Shown piece after piece: positions 15,859 through 24,003 of a stretch of 57,021 nucleotides of DNA. The stretch comes from a virus. The position numbers and the translations under genes are program-made. Below the pieces are notes generated by a model. That model worked only from the letters and a program-made list of their open reading frames with translations, made no database searches and had not been told where the DNA came from. Each line of letters begins with the position of its first letter. Within the stretch, counting starts at the first letter, position 1. The DNA lies in IMG/VR virus record IMGVR_UViG_3300045988_085176, one strand, 5' to 3'.

Positions 15859-18800
15859 TTATATACGCTGTAGGGTCTTTCCGTACATCCGATTTTGTCT
15901 GTTCTGGTATGCTGTTACCTGTTTTCCTACCTTATCACCATCCAGATAGACATCTCCGCCATTCTCTTCGATTGCAGCTATGATTTGCTGAGCCATAGCA
16001 TAGATGGCATTGATAACTCCATCGTTAGCAGATGTCACACCAGCAGCAACACCCTCCACAATCTGGTCGTTGTTTGCTACCGCTGTCCGGTTCCCGATGC
16101 GGCCGACCAACTCCGGGCCTTGTTCTCTGGCAATAAACATTTCGCCATAATTAGGGAAGCCGCCAGTTGCATACGCATTTAGGTTAATTGTCTTTACTTC
16201 TGGCATTTCAGAAAAAATTCGACCACTTTTTTTCTGTGGCGAACTGGAGCTAAAGATTGATTTCATCCCAGAAAGGGCACTGTCTAGCGCCCCTCGAATA
16301 GCAGATTTCTTTTTGGCAATCCCATTTGAAACTCCGGTTCCAATTCCCTCTCCAATGCTCGACCACTTACTACTCTGCTTATATTCATCGAGAAAGTCAT
16401 CCATTTCTGCTCTAGCATTAACAAGACCTTCAACGGTTCCGTCTCCGATTCCTGCCTCACTTTCTTTTAGCTCAAGCATCATTTGAATCAAATTCTCAGA
16501 TTTCCCCCAGGAGATATCAATTAGTTCATTAGCCTCTTCACGTACTCTATTGGCAGCCTCTAATGCCTCCGTCTCTTTTTCTTGCGCAAGTTTTAATTCT
16601 TCACGTCTTGATAAGTTATACCAAGGTGTATCATTTAACTCTTGCGTGGTGTTCATAAGCGCCTCATTTGCGGCATTATAATCTTGCGTTGCCTGTTTTA
16701 CATCCAGCATGGCTTGGTATTGATCTTTGTAGGTTTGCACCAGAATGTCTCGCATAGCCTCATATCTGGCCTCTTGCTCTAAGGATTCAATTAGTTGCTC
16801 AACACTGGCTCTTGTTTCGATGACACGTCCGTTTGTTTCATCAATGGATAACCTAAGTCCACTAATGTTTAAGCCGTTCAGTACATCAACTTTTACTGCC
16901 ATTTGCTGGAGTTCATATGCAGATGCATTTGCATTTTCGTTGATATCAAAGATATCATCCGCAAGTTGTCTAGCAATTCCATAGTTAGCCACCGTGGCAT
17001 CCAGGTCAGCAATTTCATTTTTTAGGCTGTCCATAGCTGAGCTTGTTCTGCTAGATGCATCTGTACATCTATCCAGAATGTCTTGCATAATTTGGAAATC
17101 TTCGGATGCTTCATAAGCTACTTTTGCGGCCTCTTTGATTCCTATGATTTCCAGAACAACGCCGACCCCAAATCCAATTACTGCTCCAGCTGCGGTTCCA
17201 ACAACAGGGACCAAAGAGCCAATCCCAGCCCCAGCTAATGCAGATCCGAGGATGGTCATAAGTCCTCCAGATAGGCTTGGAGCGCCACCGCCGATTTGTG
17301 CAGTAATACCCTCTATGACGAGAGACACCCCAACACCTATAACAAGTCCGATGGCTGCTCCAGCGCCACCTCCAAAAATCATTCCGATACCAAATCCGGC
17401 AAGTGCCCCACCGATTGCCCCCATAATTCCATTTACAATGTTCAACCCGTCTTTTGCAATAGAAATTATTGAAGAAATCAGGAGAGATATGCCGATTCCA
17501 GCAGTTAGTCCTCCGATGACTCCTTGGGCAGGATTTAAGTTTCTCCTAAATGCAAAATACCCGCCAAGTGCACCACCGGCTAAGGCCCCACCTATGGCAT
17601 TGAGCATCGTATTTCCCAAATTAAGCCCATCTTTGATTTGCGCAATAATAGACATGACTGTAAGGGTCAATCCAAGCCCAACTAGACCACCTACCAGCAT
17701 CCCACCTGTCCAGGTCAACCCAAGCTTCTTTGCAAGAAGAGAACCAACACCTGCCCCTGTTAGTAGACCGCCAGCACCTCCATTGAGAATACTTTCCCAC
17801 GTTAATCCATCACCGAATAGAACCTCTGTAATCCCATCAATTATCAACGAAATTCCCGTGTAGATCATGAGGCCACTAAGTAAAGCGTTTAGTGCTTTTA
17901 GCTCTGGAGACAGTGTTTTGGCTATTTTCCATGCGGCCAATGCCGTTCCAATCGGCAGTACATAATCATAAAGAACTTCCTCTAAAACTTTTTTAAGCTC
18001 ATCAGCTTTTGTCTGAATCTCTAGTATCGCATTTTTATCCCAAATATTGGGTATTTCTAAATCGCTTGCCCATCCAGAGCCACCGCTCACGCCACCAGAT
18101 CCACCAGCATTAGATGGCTCTAAAATAGTCAGTTCGTCAATACCGAGGAGGGCTTTTTTCATTTCCTTTGCGGCGCTGGTCGCCCCTCCAATAGCGTCCT
18201 CAGCATCCGATGCTCCATCAGTAATTCCAGTTGCCCAATCGCTCGTCTCCCATTCTGGCATTGTGAATCCAAGAAAAGTAGCAAGAGCTCTAATGGCATC
18301 TGTCAAGACCTCTACAAAAGCCTGTACCCACGGTATAATTTGAATAATGATAGGGAGAAGGGCGGTTCCGATAGCTCGTCCCAACTGTGTTATTTGCTGC
18401 CGCAAAACACGGAGGGCGTTTGCTGGACTCTCCAAAGTTTTGGCAAAATCACCAATCGCCCCGATGCGACCTGCACCTTCCATCAGGACAAGGCTCCGAA
18501 GAAGTGCTTTCTCCTGTTCTGTCATGGAGATAACACTTTCATCAATACCATGTGCTAATGCATATTCCTGCAACGTCGCTTGACTAATGGAGATACCAAG
18601 CCTTCGAATTGGCTCGATTTCACCAGATAGGGCGGACTGTAACCGCAAAATAGATTCGCTTACATCCTCGTTGTAGAGAGAACTCAGGTCATAGGACAGT
18701 TCAGTCAATCCCTCACTCAGATCGTACGCCTGCTGTCGGGCAAGGCCGAAACCGTTTGCCATGGACATAAATACGCCCTGTGCCCGCATCCACTCCGATG

Positions 18801-19506
18801 GGTCTATACCTAGCCTATCATTAAGTAGTTCTGCGTAAGCAAATGCCTCATCATAAAACTCCCCCATAGAAACTTGAAACAGGTTTACATTTTCTATGTA
18901 GTCATTTGCAGACTTTACCCAATCTGACGCCATATTTGCTACACGCTGAAAAGCTAAATAATATATCCCTAATTTTGCGGTTGTGGAACTAATTCCCGTT
19001 CCAAGAACTCCGAAGCTCTTTGCTGCTTTATTGTTCGAGGCGGAGAGTCCGGTATTGCTCTGGATGATCTTCTGAATCCTTATTGGGAAAGCTGAGAATC
19101 CATTAGATACCTTCTGCATCTCCGTTGCTAGCGGGCGCATAGCAGAGGCGACTTGGTTCATTTGTGATGCAAATTCTTTGATGGAATTTCCTTTCAAAGA
19201 TTCGCTAACAGAAGATAATTTTGATAACGCATTTACAGTCGAAGACAGTCCACTTGACTTCTGAACACTGGATAAGGCATTTAATGCTGGCGCAATTTTT
19301 CTTAGCTTGCCTATGCCCGTGTTATTTAAGCTGGCTGCGGCCGATGCAAGTGCCTGCATTTGCTTAGAGACCGTAGTCAGCCCCGCTCCGCCTTTAGCCA
19401 CTGCTTTTAAGTTGGTCAGAGCGGTAGCCAATGCGTCGATCTTTTCCGCCGCATCACTCGAAGTTGCCTCTATTTCAATTTGCAGACTATCAATGTCAAC
19501 AGCCAT
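15859..19506 (-). CDS. Tail tape measure protein
   Basis: 1215 aa: helical N and C regions, a central Gly-rich hydrophobic block, and the TP901-type core segment EQEKALLRSLVLMEG. Confidence 0.9.
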   Translation of the reverse strand: MAVDIDSLQIEIEATSSDAAEKIDALATALTNLKAVAKGGAGLTTVSKQMQALASAAASLNNTGIGKLRKIAPALNALSSVQKSSGLSSTVNALSKLSSVSESLKGNSIKEFASQMNQVASAMRPLATEMQKVSNGFSAFPIRIQKIIQSNTGLSASNNKAAKSFGVLGTGISSTTAKLGIYYLAFQRVANMASDWVKSANDYIENVNLFQVSMGEFYDEAFAYAELLNDRLGIDPSEWMRAQGVFMSMANGFGLARQQAYDLSEGLTELSYDLSSLYNEDVSESILRLQSALSGEIEPIRRLGISISQATLQEYALAHGIDESVISMTEQEKALLRSLVLMEGAGRIGAIGDFAKTLESPANALRVLRQQITQLGRAIGTALLPIIIQIIPWVQAFVEVLTDAIRALATFLGFTMPEWETSDWATGITDGASDAEDAIGGATSAAKEMKKALLGIDELTILEPSNAGGSGGVSGGSGWASDLEIPNIWDKNAILEIQTKADELKKVLEEVLYDYVLPIGTALAAWKIAKTLSPELKALNALLSGLMIYTGISLIIDGITEVLFGDGLTWESILNGGAGGLLTGAGVGSLLAKKLGLTWTGGMLVGGLVGLGLTLTVMSIIAQIKDGLNLGNTMLNAIGGALAGGALGGYFAFRRNLNPAQGVIGGLTAGIGISLLISSIISIAKDGLNIVNGIMGAIGGALAGFGIGMIFGGGAGAAIGLVIGVGVSLVIEGITAQIGGGAPSLSGGLMTILGSALAGAGIGSLVPVVGTAAGAVIGFGVGVVLEIIGIKEAAKVAYEASEDFQIMQDILDRCTDASSRTSSAMDSLKNEIADLDATVANYGIARQLADDIFDINENANASAYELQQMAVKVDVLNGLNISGLRLSIDETNGRVIETRASVEQLIESLEQEARYEAMRDILVQTYKDQYQAMLDVKQATQDYNAANEALMNTTQELNDTPWYNLSRREELKLAQEKETEALEAANRVREEANELIDISWGKSENLIQMMLELKESEAGIGDGTVEGLVNARAEMDDFLDEYKQSSKWSSIGEGIGTGVSNGIAKKKSAIRGALDSALSGMKSIFSSSSPQKKSGRIFSEMPEVKTINLNAYATGGFPNYGEMFIAREQGPELVGRIGNRTAVANNDQIVEGVAAGVTSANDGVINAIYAMAQQIIAAIEENGGDVYLDGDKVGKQVTAYQNRQNRMYGKTLQRI

Positions 19507-19529
19507 GGTGCCACCACCTTTTTAAGTTC

Positions 19530-19556
19530 GGCACTTGGCACTGTGGCACTTGGCAC
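19530..19556 (-). promoter_or_regulatory. Doubled GTGCCAAGTGCC motif upstream of the TMP gene
   Basis: GGCACTTGGCAC at 19530-19541 and 19545-19556 (+ strand reading), 24 nt from the start codon. Confidence 0.8.
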
Positions 19557-19583
19557 TGAAAATATAAAGATCCCCGCTGCCTC

Positions 19584-19605
19584 CTTTATATTGAGATAGC
19601 GGGGA
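19584..19605. repeat. 22-bp inverted repeat, left copy (partner 20802-20823)
   Basis: CTTTATATTGAGATAGCGGGGA matches the reverse complement of 20802-20823 at 21 of 22 positions. Confidence 0.9.
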
Positions 19606-19639
19606 CTTCGATTTATTTAGTTATCTTTTCAAGATTTCC

Positions 19640-19680
19640 AAAAAATTTTACCCTCCGCCTATTTCTAAGCGGAGGGTAAA
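19640..19680 (-). terminator. Terminator of the membrane-protein moron
   Basis: TACCCTCCGC/GCGGAGGGTA hairpin followed on the - strand by AAATTTTTT. Confidence 0.7.
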
Positions 19681-19688
19681 TAAATTTA

Positions 19689-20138
19689 TTAAAGCCCAAT
19701 GGACATTCCCCAGAAAAATCCGACAATGAATTGCCATAGAAATCCAATAGCAAAAATCCAAATAACAATACGAACTAACAAAGGAATTTGCTTCCATGCG
19801 GACTTATTGTTTGTTTGTGTACCATTGTCATTTGTTCTGTCTGTTGCTACAACAACATTCGATATATAAGCTTCTATAACAGGCGTAATTCCCCAATTCG
19901 ATTTTATATAACATTTGATAAATATTTCATCCTGATCGGGGAAGGCCGAAAAATTCAACGTTTTGATTGCTTTCCGACCAACGCAAAACGAAATTGTGTG
20001 ATTTCCCTCTTCTACAAATAATTTTACACTTTTTCCGTTTTGAATTTTTGCAACCTCAGAAGAGTCTATTTTAATTATTATTCCACCCAATGCTCCAGCA
20101 CTTTTACTTTCTCTTTGTACTATTACAGGGCATCTCAT
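19689..20138 (-). CDS. Membrane-anchored hypothetical protein (moron)
   Basis: Start MRCPVIV with RBS GGGAGGGG. Soluble N-domain, C-terminal TMs IPLLVRIVIWIFAIGFLWQFIVGFFWGM. AT-rich. Confidence 0.65.
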   Translation of the reverse strand: MRCPVIVQRESKSAGALGGIIIKIDSSEVAKIQNGKSVKLFVEEGNHTISFCVGRKAIKTLNFSAFPDQDEIFIKCYIKSNWGITPVIEAYISNVVVATDRTNDNGTQTNNKSAWKQIPLLVRIVIWIFAIGFLWQFIVGFFWGMSIGL

Positions 20139-20372
20139 AAAATATCCCCTCCCCCCCAAATCTTACCATAATTCGAGGGAGGAAGCAATCAAAATCTCTG
20201 CTATCGCAATTAACTTAAGACATCGAATTTATTTTCGTCAAATCTCCATTTTCAGTTGACAAAAGAATTAACTTGTGATAAAGTTGAGAGATAATTTTTA
20301 AGACCATTTGAAAGCAGGGAAATATTATACTATTCACTCGCTAAGATTGCAAGATATTTTTTTCAAAATCGC

Positions 20373-20400
20373 TTGATTTTTTTTCCTAAAATACTATAAT
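20373..20400 (+). promoter_or_regulatory. Promoter of the candidate small RNA
   Basis: TTGATT, 16-nt spacer, TATAAT. Confidence 0.6.
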
Positions 20401-20406
20401 AAAAGT

Positions 20407-20522
20407 GTGGAAACCCTAAAGACGGTTGCCACAGTACATAAGCTACTCCATACATAGCCGGGGTGTCAGCCCCAACCACGCAGTGAGCCTTCTGTTTGCG
20501 GCAGACGGCTCACTTCTTTTTG
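20407..20522 (+). ncRNA. Candidate ~115-nt sRNA (antitoxin-like), promoter to terminator
   Basis: Bounded by the TATAAT promoter and the AGTGAGCC/GGCTCACT hairpin plus TCTTTTT. No credible ORF. Its 3' end overlaps the convergent small ORF. Confidence 0.45.
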
Positions 20523-20605
20523 TCTCGGAATTTATCCCACACCTGGATAATGATCCAGATGATAGAAACGATCCAAAACAAATTTTGAAGAGTTATGTAT
20601 ATCAC
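20510..20605 (-). CDS. Candidate small hydrophobic peptide (type I toxin-like); start uncertain
   Basis: ...LFWIVSIIWIIIQVWDKFRDKKK* preceded by GGGGAGGTG. In-frame GTG at 20605 or TTG at 20581. Confidence 0.35.
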   Translation of the reverse strand: MIYITLQNLFWIVSIIWIIIQVWDKFRDKKK

Positions 20606-20731
20606 CTCCCCAGGAAAATTTCCCGCGAGGGCTCTATACACGCCTCCATTCCGCACTCGCGGGATGTCAGGCAACCGTCCTTTTAACCGTCGCTGTCTCT
20701 CTCTATTGCGACAGCGGGTTTCCACGTTATC

Positions 20732-20760
20732 ATTATATACTCCATTTTTCCCGCTGTCAA
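20732..20760 (-). promoter_or_regulatory. Consensus promoter for the small-peptide mRNA
   Basis: On the - strand: TTGACA, 17-nt spacer, TATAAT. Confidence 0.65.
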
Positions 20761-20801
20761 ATTCTGTCGATATAATTTTTACAGAAATTCTTTTTTCAAA
20801 A

Positions 20802-20823
20802 TCTCCGCTATCTCAATATAAAG
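20802..20823. repeat. 22-bp inverted repeat, right copy
   Basis: TCTCCGCTATCTCAATATAAAG. A partial third copy, AAAATCTCTGCTATCGCAAT, lies at about 20188-20207. Confidence 0.9.
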
Positions 20824-20846
20824 TTTTCAAGGTACAAACCGGAGAA

Positions 20847-21263
20847 CTATCCGAATTTCTTTTGGGCAGATCTAGCCCAATTTCTGAAGAAAAGCTGTGC
20901 TTTCAAACGCTCGTTTTCAATCTCTTGACTTGATTCCAGCTTTGTCTTTTCTTCTCCTCTCATTGGATACGGCTCTGTTCTATAGGGAATAGGCTTCGTG
21001 CCCTTCTTTGCAAAAGCATGGAGAACTGGAGCTACATCACAGAAGGCTTCATAAATGTACATTCCCATCATGTGGGCCGCCGCATTTGTCCTTCTCCGAT
21101 TAAGCTTATCTGCCTCACGGAATCCCTCTACCATCCATACATCGCCATACCAATACTGTTCCCAAGTCATGCCGATGGACAGATAGTAGGGGCACTCCGC
21201 TTCAAATAGATCCGTGAAGGACTGTGGGCCTTTTACAGCTCCACAGTCACCTTCGCGTTTTTT
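20847..21263 (-). CDS. Tail assembly chaperone, -1 frameshift extension (gpT-like part of G-T fusion)
   Basis: The -1 frame is open from the slippery site into the MTWEQYWYGD... ORF. Position is between the chaperone and TMP genes. Confidence 0.7.
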   Translation of the reverse strand, partial: KKREGDCGAVKGPQSFTDLFEAECPYYLSIGMTWEQYWYGDVWMVEGFREADKLNRRRTNAAAHMMGMYIYEAFCDVAPVLHAFAKKGTKPIPYRTEPYPMRGEEKTKLESSQEIENERLKAQLFFRNWARSAQKKFG

Positions 21264-21604
21264 ACGGCATCCTCGTCAGTGGCGATAAGATGTGTAAGAG
21301 CGGCCTGATTGTAAAGCTGCATCAGCCTCTCCAGCAGGGCAGTTGTCATACCTCCCATACCTTCCAGAAGATCATCGGTCTGGGACCGGGACACATTCTT
21401 ATGGTTCTTTCTGAACGCATAGTAGAACAGCTCCGGGATTCTGGTCACGGGGAAAACCGTCAGTTCGTCAACCTTGAATCCACGGTTCTCCGCAAACTTT
21501 ACGCTCTCTCTAGTGAAGTCCAGTTCATAAACCGTTCCAGTATCATGGTCAGTTACACGGGCAGGATTAACTCGGTCCTTCATATCAATGATCTTATCGC
21601 TCAT
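21233..21604 (-). CDS. Tail assembly chaperone (gpG-like)
   Basis: 123 aa directly after the major tail gene, with a slippery heptamer near its 3' end. Confidence 0.7.
   Translation of the reverse strand: MSDKIIDMKDRVNPARVTDHDTGTVYELDFTRESVKFAENRGFKVDELTVFPVTRIPELFYYAFRKNHKNVSRSQTDDLLEGMGGMTTALLERLMQLYNQAALTHLIATDEDAVKNAKVTVEL
21257..21263 (-). promoter_or_regulatory. Programmed -1 frameshift slippery heptamer A_AAA_AAC
   Basis: Zero-frame codons are GTA AAA AAC, 8 codons before the gpG stop. Confidence 0.7.
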
Positions 21605-21616
21605 GTCTTTTCCTCC

Positions 21617-22135
21617 TTAAACTTCTACAGTCTTACTTCTCGCGGACTTGAGACTCATTGTCTCCAGATCAGTAGGCTTAGCCTCCCACTGAGGCGCACC
21701 GGTCGGGGTGATGTAAAGGGTCGTCTCCAGGACAGCGGAAACCTCCATACCGGGCATACCCATCGGGGAGGGCTTCCCGGTAAAATACAGGGCCTTAGTC
21801 AGACCAGGAATCAAGATACAGAACCAGGTTGCCTTATTATCAGCAGCCGCCGTATCATAGGCATCAACAACGACCTCCCATTCCTCCATAGACTTTTCGG
21901 TCAGGTTTGCCGTAAAGGACAGCGCACCTCCAATATCCTTCAGGCCCGGGATGTAGGTTTTCCATTCGGTTTCCGCCAGCGTGGTTGTCTCCAGGTTATC
22001 AGGCTCTGGGTTCAGTTCCGGGATGCTCTTGATTTCGCTAATCTCTTTATAGCCCGTAGTAGGGCGGGTGCCAGCCGTGGCCTCAGCCGCATAAAGGAGT
22101 TTCACGCCCGCGGTGCTAAGTTGGATTCCAGCCAT
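21617..22135 (-). CDS. Major tail protein
   Basis: 172 aa in the canonical position. N-terminus MAGIQLSTAGVKLLYA resembles TP901-1/phi13-type tail tube proteins. Confidence 0.7.
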   Translation of the reverse strand: MAGIQLSTAGVKLLYAAEATAGTRPTTGYKEISEIKSIPELNPEPDNLETTTLAETEWKTYIPGLKDIGGALSFTANLTEKSMEEWEVVVDAYDTAAADNKATWFCILIPGLTKALYFTGKPSPMGMPGMEVSAVLETTLYITPTGAPQWEAKPTDLETMSLKSARSKTVEV

Positions 22136-22164
22136 AAAAATAGTACCTCCTAATTTTTTAGGGA

Positions 22165-22191
22165 GGCACTTGGCACAAAGGCACTCGGCAC
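22165..22191 (-). promoter_or_regulatory. Doubled GTGCC(A/G)AGTGCC motif upstream of the major tail gene
   Basis: GGCACTTGGCAC at 22165-22176 and GGCACTCGGCAC at 22180-22191. Confidence 0.8.
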
Positions 22192-22203
22192 TGTCAGCCC
22201 TTT

Positions 22204-22611
22204 TTATTTTGTGTAGATTCTAAAATTCTTGTCCGCTACGCCCTCATACCGGGCGACAATGCGGTAAATAGTGGCATCCTGCAAGTTGGACACCGGATTG
22301 CACATGGTTCTTGTGAAGCCCATCTTAGAAAACTCATTGTCGATGGTCTCCATGATATCCTTTGCCTCGGACTTTTTATACCCTACGCTGTTCGTGTAGA
22401 CGTTTACCTCATACATCAGCGATACGGCATTTTCCAGATTTGGCGCTGCCGTCCTCATTTTTTGAAGCACTCTGTTGTCGCTCTCAACGATGGTAACAGC
22501 CGGGAAACGTGCGGGTACATCAGTAAATTCACCACTCACAAAAATTCCAGAGTATTGCGCCCGGAGTGCTGTTGCGATTGTACTGAAGACTTGATTTTCA
22601 ATATCAATCAT
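22204..22611 (-). CDS. Tail terminator / tail completion-like protein
   Basis: 135-aa ORF immediately upstream of the major tail gene. Call is by position. Confidence 0.45.
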   Translation of the reverse strand: MIDIENQVFSTIATALRAQYSGIFVSGEFTDVPARFPAVTIVESDNRVLQKMRTAAPNLENAVSLMYEVNVYTNSVGYKKSEAKDIMETIDNEFSKMGFTRTMCNPVSNLQDATIYRIVARYEGVADKNFRIYTK

Positions 22612-23086
22612 CTTTCAGCACCCCCTCCACAATCCACGGAATAGACTGTCGTAATGTTTTTGCCGTTTCATACATAAACGGCCGGGATGGCATACCCTTT
22701 GTCCAATGTCTTTTTCCATCCTTATCATAATAGTACCATCCAGCTTCCCCGTGTTCGTTTATGTCATATTCCCATCCGGGGATAGTGCTTCCGGGGCTGT
22801 TCTTTCCAGTTACCCCAGTACCCATTTCCACGAACATAGAGTGCATCGCTGTTGAATGGATATAGCCTTTCCCATTGCGATACTCAGCTATAATGCCATT
22901 TACAAGGTCTCCACTGTCATAGGCATTCATGTACAATGCTTGGTTTTTTGCCTCTTCAACGCCCATCTCAGTGGCAACTTTTACGATTCCTTCGCCAGCC
23001 CCCTCAACCTTCTTCTGATACGCCTTGACTTCCTTCAAGGCTTGGTTGATCGAGTCCGTGCTCAGCTTCAGTTTGATCTTTGGCAC
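22604..23086 (-). CDS. HK97 gp10-like head-tail joining protein
   Basis: 160 aa. MPKIKLKLSTDSINQALKEV... and EMGTGVTGKN segments resemble the gp10 family. Confidence 0.55.
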   Translation of the reverse strand: MPKIKLKLSTDSINQALKEVKAYQKKVEGAGEGIVKVATEMGVEEAKNQALYMNAYDSGDLVNGIIAEYRNGKGYIHSTAMHSMFVEMGTGVTGKNSPGSTIPGWEYDINEHGEAGWYYYDKDGKRHWTKGMPSRPFMYETAKTLRQSIPWIVEGVLKDD

Positions 23087-23507
23087 TTAGCATCGCCGCC
23101 TCAATCTCTGCTTTTCTATCAAACAGTTTTTGTTCCGCTTCGTACTCGGATACAGAAACCTTTTTGATAGCGTATTGAATACTGTTCTTCCACGGTGCCT
23201 TCCGCTTCACAATGTAGTTATACGGGCCGTCAGTATCGGCCCCATCTACCCACAAAACAGAATCCTCGTTAATTTGGCAGGCCGTGTCTGCGGTGGTTGC
23301 CGTCCGATCATAATCCTCCAAAGAGCCAAACTGCTCCACTTCGGAATTTCCCTTGTTTGGGGAGACACACAGCATAGCGGATTTCAATGCGCTGTAGATG
23401 GGGATATAGCTTCCGGTCGGATTCCCGTATTCATCAATTATTTCCTCTTGGCCCTCGTATAGCTTGTAGAATACCGGTTGCTGGTTGCGGAGTAGGCTGC
23501 GCATCAT
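23004..23507 (-). CDS. Head closure / head-tail adaptor-like protein
   Basis: 167-aa ORF between the connector and gp10-like genes. Its 3' end overlaps the next gene by 83 nt. Confidence 0.4.
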   Translation of the reverse strand: MMRSLLRNQQPVFYKLYEGQEEIIDEYGNPTGSYIPIYSALKSAMLCVSPNKGNSEVEQFGSLEDYDRTATTADTACQINEDSVLWVDGADTDGPYNYIVKRKAPWKNSIQYAIKKVSVSEYEAEQKLFDRKAEIEAAMLSAKDQTEAEHGLDQPSLEGSQGVSEEG

Positions 23508-23809
23508 TTCACCCTCCCCGCAAGCGGCGTCACCTCAGAAAGCAACTGCTCGGAAATCCAAGAAGACTCCCACGTTCGGCTGATTGAGTTTTCTGTGTGC
23601 CCGATCTGGCCCTCAGCTCCGGTCTTGTTATAAAGGTCTAACGCCACCCGGAACTGCAAATCCAGATACCGGCTTTCCAGTTCCTCCGGCCACTCCTGGA
23701 ACGGATACCGCCTCGCCATGATCGCCGCTTTTGCGCTCTCCAGGCAGTCCTCCAGGATGGCCTCGTCCGGCTCATTCGTGCGGAGTTTCAACCTCGCCAG
23801 ATTGTCCAT
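23504..23809 (-). CDS. gp6-like head-tail connector protein
   Basis: Start MDNLARLKLRTNEPDEAILEDCLESAKAAI, as typically seen in phage gp6-like connector proteins. Confidence 0.6.
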   Translation of the reverse strand: MDNLARLKLRTNEPDEAILEDCLESAKAAIMARRYPFQEWPEELESRYLDLQFRVALDLYNKTGAEGQIGHTENSISRTWESSWISEQLLSEVTPLAGRVK

Positions 23810-23987
23810 TGTCCGCCCTCCTAGGTCTGCCCGGCTTTTTAGGTGCGGCGGGAGGCGGCGTCGGTTCATCCAACACCGTCCCGTGCCGCTTCATCATATC
23901 CGCGTCGTCGGCCTTGATAGGGAACTGGACGCCAGCCTCATAAAACTGGCCATTGTAGCACACGCGGTAATTTGGAATAAACTTCAT
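23772..23987 (-). CDS. Hypothetical small head-module protein with Pro/basic tail
   Basis: Start MKFIPNY with RBS GGGAGG; 71 aa. Confidence 0.45.
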   Translation of the reverse strand: MKFIPNYRVCYNGQFYEAGVQFPIKADDADMMKRHGTVLDEPTPPPAAPKKPGRPRRADNGQSGEVETPHE

Positions 23988-24003
23988 GCTGCCTCCCGCT
24001 TTT

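Noticed and set aside
17135-17863. 242-aa Pro-rich + strand ORF inside the tape-measure gene
   Set aside because: It is the reverse-complement reading of Gly-rich codons (GGN gives NCC). This is a classic shadow ORF.
21224-22153. 309-aa + strand ORF across the tail chaperone and major tail genes
   Set aside because: It is antisense to two syntenic, SD-preceded structural genes and has no start context.
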